Assembly (NCBI GenBank): GCA_024137785.1
Contig: JAHRHZ010000028.1
Location: 29,344,087 to 29,408,086 of the forward strand
Reading direction: 5' to 3'
DNA length: 64,000 nucleotides
Source of the DNA: Ginglymostoma cirratum
Lineage: Eukaryota
The notes beneath the pieces are model-generated. The model was given only the letters and a program-made list of their open reading frames with translations. It searched no databases and was not told where the DNA came from. A program made the position numbers and the translations under genes. This document shows positions 1 to 10,576 of this stretch, piece after piece; the first letter of the stretch is position 1; every line of letters starts with the position of its first letter.

Positions 1-127
1 CGGGCCTAAACCCTTCATCAGAAAGGGTTTAGGCCCGAAACGTCAAGTTTTCCTGCTCCTAAGATGCTGCTTGACCTGCTGTGTTCATCCAGCCCCATGC
101 TTGTTATCTCAAACAAACAGAGGTAAC

Positions 128-2640
128 AGGTCTTGGGACCCTTGTCAGAACTAATGGTGACTGATAAAACGTTGGTTTATATACAGAAAATTGGGAGTGG
201 GATTGGGTAGGGAGTAAACGATAGGATAAAGGATAGAGCCCAAAGACAGAGAAGAGCAGTTGAATAGATAAAGGAGTTGATAACGATCTGGTTAGGAGAG
301 TTAATAGCTGTTAATGGGGATTGTTAGTGACTAACAATAGGTAGTGTATAATGGCAGGCTATGTGATAACAGGGTCTGGTGTGTGGGGTAGGGGCTAGGA
401 CATGTGAGAGTTTAGGCCCTAAAATTATTGAACTCAAAATATTGAGTCCGGAGGGCGGCAGGGTCCCCAAGGGGAAAATGAGGTGTCATTCATCCAGTTT
501 GCATTGGGCTTCACTGGAACACTGCAGCAAGCCAGAGACAGAGATGTTGGCCGAGGAACAGGGTGGTGCATTAGAGTGGCAGGCAACAGGAAACTCAGGG
601 TCTGTTTTGCAAGAAGATTGTAGATTCCGGCCTTGACTCAGTCTTCTCTCCTCTGGTCCAATCCCTGCCCACAAATATCCGTGATTCCTCTGATGCCGGT
701 TTCAAAACTTCTAGTTTGCAGGATTCAGCCACCTCTTCTTTACCATGGGCGTGCAATCCCTTTACACATCCGTTCCCCACCAGTAGGGTCTTAGGGCTCT
801 CCGCTTCTTCTTGGAGCAAAGATCTGAACCGTCCCCATCCACCACCAACTTCCTCCACTTGGCCAAGCTCGTCCTCACCCTCAACAACTTCTCTTCCAAC
901 TCCTCTCATTTTCTTCAGGTCCATTTTCCCTTCCTCAGAGCTGATAGTCACTGGCAAAACATTGGTTTATATGCAGAAAATAGGGAGGGGGATGAAGTAG
1001 GGAGTGAATGATAGGATAACGGATAGATCCCGAAGAGAGAGAAGAGCAGTCGGATAGACAAAGGAGTTGATAATGATCTGGTTAGGAGGGTGAATAGCTG
1101 TTAATGAGGATCCGCATGGGCCCTGGTTTTGTCTGTCTCTTCATGGGGCACATGGAACATTCCTTGTTCCGGTCCATTTCTGGCCCCTTTTCACAACTCT
1201 TTCTCTGATACATCGACGATATCATCGGTGCTGCTTCCCTCTCTTGTCTGGAATTGGAAAAGTTCATTGATTTTGTTTCCAATTTCCACCCTCTCCTCAC
1301 CTGGTTTATCTTTGACATCTCCCCTCCCTTCCTCAACATCTCTGTTTCCAATTCTGGATATTAGACTGGCCACTAATATCCACAATGAACCCACTGACTC
1401 CCACAGCTACCTGGACTATACATCCTCACACACTGCTTCCTACAAAGACTCCCAGGTCCTCTGTCTCCATCGCAAATGTTCAGATGAGGCCAACTTCGAC
1501 AAGGGAGTCTCTGAAATGTCCACCTTCTTCCTCAACCGAGGATTCCCCAGCCCCATTGTCAACAGGGCCCTCAGCCAGGTCTGAACTATCTCCAGCTCTT
1601 CTGCCCTCACCCCCTCTCTTCCCTCCCGCAACTGCGATAGGGTTCCCCTGGTCCTTACCTACTATCCCACCAGCATCCACATCCAGAAGACCATCAGATG
1701 CCATTTCCGTCACCTCCAGCGAGATGCCATCACCAGACACATATTTCCCTCCCCTCCCTTGTCTGCCTTCCGCAGGAACCATTCCCTCCGGGACACCCTG
1801 GCCCATTCTTCCTTCTCCCCCAACACACCCCCACAGCCCCACGGCAATTTTCCCCGTAACCGGCTAAGGTGTAACACCTGCCCATTTACCTCCTCCCTCC
1901 CCAAGGGCCCAAACATACCTTCCAGGTGAAGCAACACATCACCTGCACTTCCCACAATCTAGTCTACTGCATTCGCTGCTCACAATGTGGTCTCCTCTGC
2001 GTTAGCGAAACAAAGCGTAAACTAGGTGACTGCTTCACAAAACATCTATGCTCTGCTTACGGTGAAGACTCTGAACTACCTGTTCCCTACCATTTCAATG
2101 CACCACCCTGTTCCCTGGCCAACATCTCTGTCTTTGGTTTGCTGCAGTGTCCCAGCGAAGCTCAATGTAAGCTGGAGGAGCAACACCTCATTTTCCACTT
2201 GGGGACCCTGCAGCCCTCTGGACTAATATCAAGTCCAATAATCTTAGGGCCTGAACTCTCCCATGTCCCAGCCCCATCCCCACATACCAGGCCTTGTTAC
2301 CACATAGCCTGCTGTTACACACTACCTAATGTTAGTCACTGACAGTCCCTATTAACAGCTATTCACCCTACTAACCAGATCGTTATCAACTCTTTTGTCT
2401 CTCCAACTGCTCTTCTCTCTCTTCGGGATCTATCCTTTATCCTATCGTTTACTCCCTACCCCATCCTCCTCCCTATTTTCTGCATATAAACCGACATTTT
2501 GCCAGCTACCATCAGTTTTGAGGAAAGGTCCCAGGACCCGTTACCTCTGTTTGTTTTCTTCACAGATGCTGCCAGACCTGCTGAGCTTTTCCAGCAACAT
2601 CTGTTTTTGTTCCTGATTTACTGCATCTGCCGTTCTTTCA
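128..2640 (+). mobile_element. Penelope-like retroelement, degraded, with inverted copies of its 3' end at about 128-630 and 935-1110
   Basis: Frameshifted ORFs give RT C-terminal 'PTDSHSYLDYTSSH' and GIY-YIG-like 'HNLVYCIRCSQCGLLCVSETKRKLGDCFTKH' (1926-2342). Segments 128-630 and 935-1110 are reverse complements of the 3' part (about 2050-2520). Confidence 0.8.
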
Positions 2641-2809
2641 GTTTTTATATAACCAAAGTATTTTTTACTAATGAAAGCATACATTTCCCATCACAAATGG
2701 AGTCCTCAATGTATTAGAAAGAAGCAAAGACTATTCCTATAACTGCACATAATATAAAATAAAACAGAAAGTACTTAAAATGGTCAGAAATCAGGTCAGG
2801 GATCAAAAA

Positions 2810-3085
2810 GCCCCAACAAAGCTGGAGTTAATTGTAGTCGAGGGCACACTCTCCACTGATTGTAGTTGTACTTGACACCAAGGAAGATGGTCGTGGTTGT
2901 TGGAGGTCAATCATCTCAGCTCCAGGCCATCTCTACAGGAATTCCTCAGAGGAGTGTCCTAGGCCCAAACATCTTCCACTGCTTCATCGATGACCTTCCC
3001 TCCATCACTGTAGGGAAGTTCGCTGATGATTGCGAAATGTTCAGCACCATCCACCACTCCTCAGATACTGAAGCAGCAGTTTGGC
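2810..3085 (+). mobile_element. CR1/L2-clade LINE reverse transcriptase fragment
   Basis: Translation 'GIPQRSVLGPNIFHCFIDDL...KFADD' matches non-LTR RT motifs. Confidence 0.75.
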
Positions 3086-4128
3086 TGTAAGCAATATACT
3101 TCAAAACCTGATGAATGAATTTTAACATTACAGGTGAAAACACACGTGCTAACACCTCTAACCTGGCTTAGCAAGAAGACCCTGCCCCACTCAGTTCTGG
3201 TTCAGTTATGAATAAGGCAACAAAATGTGGCCTTGGCAGTGCTGCTACAATGTATCCTTAGACTGTGACCCAGGATCTGGGATCTACAGTCATCGGGGAC
3301 ATCTTTCCTGCATTGACCCCATCTAGATCCGTTAGAACTTTATAGATTTCTGTGAGAAATCTCCCTCCCCCACTCCATTGAACTCAAGTGAATGGACTCT
3401 TGGCCATGCCAGTCTCTTTTCATACATCAGTCCTGCCATCCCAGGAATCAGGTTGGTAAACTTTCGTCGCACTCCCTTTATGCAGGAAGGAGCCAGGGAT
3501 TACAGCTTCTCAGCACCAACTCTGCCAAAAAGCCCCCTACAATCTAATCTATAACATGCAAGACTTCCATTTGAGATCTCCAGCTGAGGAAAGTGGTTTT
3601 CACATGAATCATAGTCTGTGTAGATGTTTATAATGCTATTTTGGGATATCCTCTATGTGGAAAAACACATGGAATTTTGCTTTGGGGTTCTTGGTTTATT
3701 TTGAATGGGACAATTTCCTATTTGGGGGATTTCCTTTCAATCAGTACGTAGGCTACGTCTATGTTTTTTAGGCACAGAAAATCCCCTCTTGACAAATTAT
3801 ACAAGGGAGAAAGAAGCAAAGGAGGAAGAATTGGTAATCCAGGAAACCTGACTCACAATGCAATGTGTCAGGAGATCAGAAACCACCTCCCCCTACCCAC
3901 TGCCCACCCACTCCTGTTGAGTGTAATTTGAAAAACTTTGACAAAGGGTGTCCTTTTTTTCAGCTAATATTCAAGTAATGCACTACAATATGAAAAAGCA
4001 CTGAAAGTACCAAAATCATATGGACTGCAATGGCTCACCAACATAAGAGCTCACCATCAATGAGGGAAGGTCAGCAAATGCTCAAACTGTAAGAATAATT
4101 TTGTTTAAGTCCCTTCTAACATCACTTA

Positions 4129-4387
4129 CCCTTTATTCTACATGGATGTAAGGATATCCTCTGCTGTTGAGTCTTTAAAAATAAATTAGTTCCTCAATAG
4201 AAAGGTAATATTAATGATACACCTCGCTGTATCAGTGGCCTTACTGTAAGTTTGACTGTATTTAATTGCATTGTCTATACCGTTGTTAATGCGATCAACA
4301 CAGCAAACAGCCTGAAGCATACCTCAGAAAAGTCTGTCTCCCGCACAATTTATCATTAATGGCTACATAATGCCCACTACTGGTAAT
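4129..4387. repeat. Copy 1 of a local ~260-bp diverged direct duplication (copy 2 at 6395-6654)
   Basis: 'ccctttattctacatggatgtaaggatat...gcctgaag.atacctcagaaaagtctgtctccc' is shared and colinear in both copies. Confidence 0.85.
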
Positions 4388-5924
4388 ATGATGAATCATT
4401 CCATGTGCTTTGAAGAAATTGCCAGTTAACACTGTGAAACATTGACACAAATAGTTGCATATTAGAAGTAACTGCATAAAGCACATGAGGAAGAAATTAT
4501 GTCATTAGGGTTTGCTGAGGGACAGGGGAAAGTGATTGCGTAAATCATAAACACCAGTGTTGACTACCTGAACCAAATGGCCTGTCCCTGGACTATAATT
4601 TCCATTTCTCTGATTTACCCAAACAAAAAAAATAGCAGGTCTGCAATTAAGACAATCCACGTAAGGCAGACGACAGTGTTATGTTAGAGGTAAAAATGAA
4701 ACTTCATTTTTTTTTGAATGCCATCATCTGAATTTTAATAACTGAAGACTTTCATGGACTAAAATGGTTTTATGGTCTCAGTGATATTCTAACCACAGGG
4801 TGAACCAGTTCAATTTCAATATCGAAAATTTCAATGAGCAAGACCCAGTTTGAACTGAAGTTAACATATCATCAAAATGTCTCAAAACAGTCACTCAGAG
4901 CAGTACCCCGTTTCATTTTTACCTTGCTGGAAGTTTTACATATTGGATTGGAAGTCACCTTACAGCTTAGAAGAAAAAGTGAAGTCAAGCAAAGAAAAAC
5001 ACAAAGTAACTGTAATTTAGGCAATTGCTTTTGGGCAGAGTAGAGAGAAGAATTCCCTTCAAAACTGGATGGCTTCTCCCTGATTTTCTCTCAGGGCCTT
5101 CAGAAGCAGCACTCAGTCATAAAGCAAATCGCAGAAGCATTCATTCTCCAAGAACTCCAGGGCATCTACAATTTTTGTTACCTCTAAGGATACAACTCAT
5201 CAACTAAACAACCATATTCCCAGGTTAAAACCTAACACCTCGAAGACTTTAAGGACTTTTAAACTGCACTTTTTTCTTCCTTTTCAAACTAGATGTTGTC
5301 ATCTTTTAAACTTTATGCCTGTTTTGTATGTCTGTTTGACTTTGCAAACATATAGACATACAAACAAAAGTAGGCCACTTGGCCCTTCCAGCCTGCTTGC
5401 CACTTAATAACATAATGGCTGATCTAATTTTAATCTCAACTTCTGCATATCCCCAATAATCTTTCATCTCTTTTGTCGTCAAGAATCTGTCTACCTCTAC
5501 CTTCAAAATATGGAAAGAATCTGCATCCACTGTCTTTTTTGAAAGGGAATTCAAAAAGCGTGCAACCTTCTGAGAGACTTTGTTTTCCCTCATTTCTTTC
5601 TTAAATGGGCAACCACATATTTTAAACTATGAACCCCTAGTTCTAGGTTCTATTCAAAGTGAAAACATCCCTTCGATGTCCACCCAGTTAAAACCTCTCA
5701 GGATCTTATATGTTTCAATTAAGTCATCTTTAACTCGTCTAAACTCCAGAGGAGACAGGCCTATCTCCTCTTTTCTTATTAGGCAATTCACTCATTCCAG
5801 TGTTAGTTGAGTAAACCTTCTCTGAACTCCTTCTGACATGTTAACATCCTTCCATAGGTACGATGCCCAGTACTGTCGCAGTACCCCAGGGCTCTAGATT
5901 ACTTATGCAATTAAACTTCATCAG

Positions 5925-6350
5925 ACCATAAGACCATAAGACATAGGAGTGGAAGTAAGGCCATTCGGCCCATCGAGTCCACTCTGCCATTTAATCATGG
6001 CTGATGGGCATTTCAACTCCACTTACCCGCACTCTCCCTGTAGTCCTTGATTCCTTGCGAGATCAAGAATTTATCAATCTCTGCCTTGACGACATTCAAC
6101 GCCCCGGCCTCCACTGCACTCCGTGGCAATGAATTCCACAGGCCCACCACTCTCTGGCTGAAGAAATGTCTCCTCATTTCCGTTCTAAATTGACCTCCTC
6201 TAATTCTAAGGCTGTGCCCACGGGTCCTAGTCTCCCCACCTAATGGAAACAACTTCCCAGTGTCCACCCTTTCTAAGCCAAGCATTATCTTGTAAGTTTC
6301 TATTAGATCTCCCCTCAACCTTCTAAACTCTAATGAATACAATCCCAACA
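5925..6350 (-). mobile_element. CR1-type LINE 3' end, young copy
   Basis: ORF 6013-6354 'LGLYSLEFRRLRGDLIETYKI...RTRGHSLRI...FFSQRVVGLWNSLP' with a short tandem tail (accataag)n. Near-identical to 48615-48893. Confidence 0.85.
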
Positions 6351-6394
6351 CCAAACATTATCATGACTTTCACTGTTGATACGTGATAAAATTC

Positions 6395-6654
6395 CCCTTT
6401 ATTCTACATGGATGTAAGGATATTCTCTGTTGTTGAGTCTTTAAACACAAAATGGTTCCTGAATAGAAAGGTAATATTGATGAGACGCCTCTCTCTATCA
6501 GAGGCCTTACTGTAAGTTTGAATTATATTGATATGCATTGTCTATGCTCTTGTTGATGTGATCAACACAGCAAGCAGCCTGAAGAATACCTCAGAAAAGT
6601 CTGTCTCCCTCACACTTTATCATCAATGGCTACACAATGCCTGCTACCAGTAAT
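6395..6654. repeat. Copy 2 of the local ~260-bp duplication
   Basis: Colinear similarity to 4129-4387. Confidence 0.85.
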
Positions 6655-6869
6655 CTTGCAATTGGCTTCTTAATTTTGAACGTGAACTATGTTTTATTTG
6701 GGTGCAGCTTCCTAAAACGAATGAAAAATCTTTGTTACAGCTGACCAAGGGTGTTAAAAAGAGTGGCAAGGAGTCACCCACCCTCACTGACCCAACAAAG
6801 TCTCCCACAATCTATCTGATGTGACTTTGCATCAGTCTTCACAGTGGAAGGCACCCGCACCATACCAGA

Positions 6870-8320
6870 TTTCAGGCATTTCCCACAACTTTGTAGGAAG
6901 CCAAGGAAGGGATTGCTGGGCCCCTAACTGAGATATTTGTATCATCGACAGCCACGGACCTATCTGAACTTTGGCTAACATGGTGCCATTATCGAGAAAA
7001 GGCTGTCAGGAAAAGCCAGTGAATAATAGGCCGGTGAGCCTTACATCAGTGGTGGGTAAGCTGTTGGAGGGGATTCTGAGGGATAGGATTTACATGGATT
7101 TGGAAAGGCAAGGACTGATCAGAGATAGTCAATATGACTTTGTGTGTGGGAAATCGTATCTCTCCAACTTGATTGAGTTTTTTTGAAGTGGCGACAAAGA
7201 AGATTGATGAAGGCAGAGTGGTAGATATTGCCTACGTGGGCTTCAGCAAAGTGACAAAGTTCCACCTGGTTAGTAAGGTTAGGTCACGTGAGATGCAGGG
7301 GGAGTTAGCCTACTGGATACAAAATTACTTGAAGGTAGGAGGCACAAGGTGACGGTAGAGGGTTGCTTTTTGGACTGGAGGCCTGTGACCAGTGCTGTGC
7401 CACAAGGATGCTGGGTCCACTGCTTTTCATCATTTATATAAATGATTTGGATTTGAATACAGGAGGCATGGTTAGTAAGTTTGCAGACGGTAACAAAATG
7501 TGTGGCACAATGGGCAGTGAAGAAGATTATCTCAAAGTTCAACAGGACCTTGATAAGATGGGTCAATACGCTGAGAAGTGGCAATTGGAGTTTAATTTGG
7601 ATAAATGTGAGATGTTGCATTTCAGTTAAGCAAACAAGGGCAGGACTTATACAATCAATGTAGGGCGCTGGGGAGTGTTGCCAAACAAAGAGACCTGGGG
7701 TGCAGGTGCATAGCTCCTTGAAAGTGGTGCCACAGGCACGCTGTGTGGTGAAGAAGGCATTTGGTACGCTTGCCTTCATTGGTCAGAACATTGAGTATAG
7801 GAGTTGGGATGTCATGTTGTGGTTGTATAGGACATTGGTGAGGCCACTTTTTGAATACTGTGTTCAAATCTTGTCGACCTTCTACAGGAAGGATGCTGTT
7901 AAACTTGAGAGGCTGCAGAAAAGATTTACAAGGTGTTGCCAGGGCTCGAGGATTTTAGTTATCAGGAGAGGCTGAATAGGCTGGGACTGTTTTCCCTGGA
8001 GGGTCAGAGGCTGAGGGGTGGCCTTATAGAAGTTTATAAAATCATGAGGGGCACGGAAATGGTGAATAGCCAAGGTCTTTTTCCAAGGGTGGGGGAGTCC
8101 AAAACTAGAGGGCATATGTTAAAGGTGAGGAGGGAAAGATTTAAAAAGGACTTGAAAGATAACTTTCTCATGCAGACGGTGGTGTATGTATGGAATGAGC
8201 TGCCAGAGGAAGTGGTGGAGGCTGGGACAATTAGAACATTTGGAAGTTGTCTGGATGGGTATTTGATTAGGAAGAGTTTAGAGGAATAGAGCCAAAATTC
8301 TGGCAAATGGAGTATCTGGG
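6870..8320 (+). mobile_element. CR1-type LINE ORF2 (RT) 3' portion, frameshifted
   Basis: 'NNRPVSLTSVVGKLLE', 'LGPLLFIIYINDL...SKFADG', 'LYRTLVRPLFEYCVQ', 'RLRGGLIEVYKI...WNELP'. Confidence 0.85.
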
Positions 8321-9404
8321 TTAACATACAGGTTCAATTGGCAGTTAGGTAGACCAGTGCAAAGTTAGCGTACATTTTGAGTGGGCTAGAATACAAAGAT
8401 TTATGCTGAGGCTGTTTAAGGCTCTGGTCAAACTGCGTTTGGAATAATGCTGGCAGTTTTGGGCCCCACATCTAATTAAGGATGTATTGGCATTGGAGTG
8501 AGTCCAGAAGAGGTTCACAGGAATGATTCTAAGGATGAAGGGATTGTTATATGATCAGTGGTTGAGGATTCTGGGTGTGTACTCAATGCAGATTTGTAGG
8601 AAGAGTTTTGTAATGTCTAGAGGTATCAAAGACATGATTGATATTTTCAGCAGTAGTTAAGCTAAGACACAGGTGATGCTTGGTGATGTTACAGATGTGG
8701 AAATAGACAGACTCAGGGATGGTACGGATACACGACCAGAGCTATCTTGGTATCAAATATCACACCAGACTGCAAACATTATTGTTCGGTTTTAGACAGA
8801 TGCTGGAGAGAGGGGTGGAATCAATAACGAAATGTGAAGTTTGCAGCAATCTAATAATTTTGCAACAGTGGAAGAGGTGGTGGTGAGGTGGAAGTGAGGG
8901 CTTACCGTGTACATTTGGAAACCAAAGTTGTGATTTCAGACAAAAGACGAGGCAGCGCAAGGAGAAATGGAGATATTTATCCCTCAATCGGTATAGCAAA
9001 AACAGATAATCTGGTCATATGTACATTATAGGAATTATGTGCGAATTACAACAATAGTTTGATTTCAAAAGTACCTAAGTGACTGTGAAGGAACATACTC
9101 TCGTTGTGCAAGGTGCTATATAATTGTGAAGCTTCTCTGTCTTCCTCCCTGTGAACAAGTGATGCTCTGGAGGTGGATCAGCACAATCCACAAGACAATA
9201 AGATGCAGGTATGTCATTCAGCCCATTGAGTCTGCTCCACCATTCAGTGAGGTAAGTTTTAGTTGTAGAGTTAGAAATTGCACTTTAATTGAAATTAAAC
9301 AATTCTAAATGACTATTATTTTACAACAATAATTGCCACTTTTAAGAAGTTATACATTTGCAGGTATATTGTAAAGCGCAGGAATCAACAATAAGAAAAC
9401 TGAA

Positions 9405-9477
9405 CGCCCGAACAGGGACTTGAACCCTGGACCCTCAGATTAAAAGTCTGATGCTCTACCGACTGAGCTATCCGGGC
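9405..9477 (-). tRNA. tRNA-Lys (anticodon UUU)
   Basis: Reverse complement GCCCGGATAGCTCAGTCGGTAGAGCATCAGACTTTTAATCTGAGGGTCCAGGGTTCAAGTCCCTGTTCGGGCG is the canonical 73-nt vertebrate tRNA-Lys3. TATATA lies about 25-30 nt upstream (9502-9507) and a T4 terminator at 9396-9399. Confidence 0.97.
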
Positions 9478-9669
9478 TCTGGAAATACGACCTACCCATT
9501 GTATATAAAACCTTTAATAGCAGCTATGCGTTTTTGCCATAGATGATTTATAGTTGATGGTTCAAATTACCATAGCAACACGCCACACTATGCATAAAAT
9601 GAAATCTACACCAATTTGTTGAAAATACCGAATATATTTTTCCACAGAAGTAGATGCAAAAAGTTAGCT

Positions 9670-10195
9670 GCACACCGGAAAAGAGGTAAGTTTCCTGTGA
9701 CGAATTGATGGGCGCCATGCTTTTTGCTGGCAGAAGGACGCAATGGAGAGTTTTGCAGGCTCCATGTTTGTTGCTGGCGGTGACTGCGTGAATTGTCAAG
9801 ACGGTTTCCGGCTGGCGCCATGTTTGTTGCTGGCAGGGGGTTGGGAACAGACTGCTTCCGGTGGGCGCCATGTTTTTTGCTGGCGCCCAGTGGCAGGCGG
9901 CGGTGGCGGCACCGCGGCGTTTGGTCGACGAGAGGTTCGATTATAGCCGCGGATTGCCGGTCCCAGACCCGCTCTTGGTACTGGTTTTACCGTTATTACG
10001 TCGCTAAGTCAGTGAGGGATAAGTGTAGGTGGCGCAAAGTCGGGTTTTAAATGCCTTTAGATCGAGCGGATCGAAGGAGCGGGTAGGCCGCGGGGGGTCG
10101 GAGAGAAGCCTCGAACTGGACTGAGACGGTTGCCGGGCGCAGTAGCCGTCTGAGCCGGCTGAGACAAAGAGGCCGGTGTACTGCAGGAAATAGGG
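9670..10195 (+). promoter_or_regulatory. ZC3H11A CpG-rich promoter and probable non-coding exon 1 (candidate donor GTAATA at 10196)
   Basis: Local CpG enrichment, four GGC(G/T)CCATG(T/C)TT(G/T)TTGCTGGC motifs (YY1-like) and ETS cores CCGGAA/TTCCGG at 9675, 9806 and 9856. Exon 1 limits are inferred. Confidence 0.65.
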
Positions 10196-10576
10196 GTAAT
10201 ATTCAACCAGTGGATCTCTGATCGTGCGTGGTTTTCTCCCCAACAAGATCTACAAGTTTAAATGATGTTGTACTGTTCATATCTGAGCACTTTTTTTTGG
10301 TGGGTGGGAGATTTTGAATGAAGCTTTTTGATTTTTAGCCCTCCGGCAGTAATCAGCCTGATGGACTTCCTGGAGGTCTACCTTAACTCGGATTTGACGT
10401 GGCAACGCCATTGCCCTTCCTGGGTATTAATCCTGACTCAGTTTGCCATCTCCCATTTTCTGGGCTTTTCTTCCATGGGGCCCCATGATGACCTTTGGGA
10501 GGTGCATGTGCTTTTGGACTTTGTCACTGGGGTAACCTAACTTCCCTTGCAAAGTTGTTGAAATTGCTATCTGAAT

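Noticed and set aside
4225-4305. Possible C/D box snoRNA in the minus-strand candidate intron (GTGTTGA...CTGA with a weak terminal stem)
   Set aside because: C box is non-consensus, no recognisable rRNA guide, and the host transcript itself is unproven.
4295-4486. 'HHITSSGHYVA' resembling a USP His-box
   Set aside because: Too short, and no other USP motifs or compatible in-frame upstream exon were found.
9711-9884. Repeat-spacer pattern superficially like a CRISPR array
   Set aside because: Vertebrate CpG promoter, degenerate non-palindromic repeats, only four copies and no cas genes; better explained as transcription-factor sites.
9548-10246. Overlapping ORFs in the ZC3H11A promoter (likewise 41187-41860 at SNRPE)
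   Set aside because: GC-rich, stop-poor sequence with no recognisable protein similarity.
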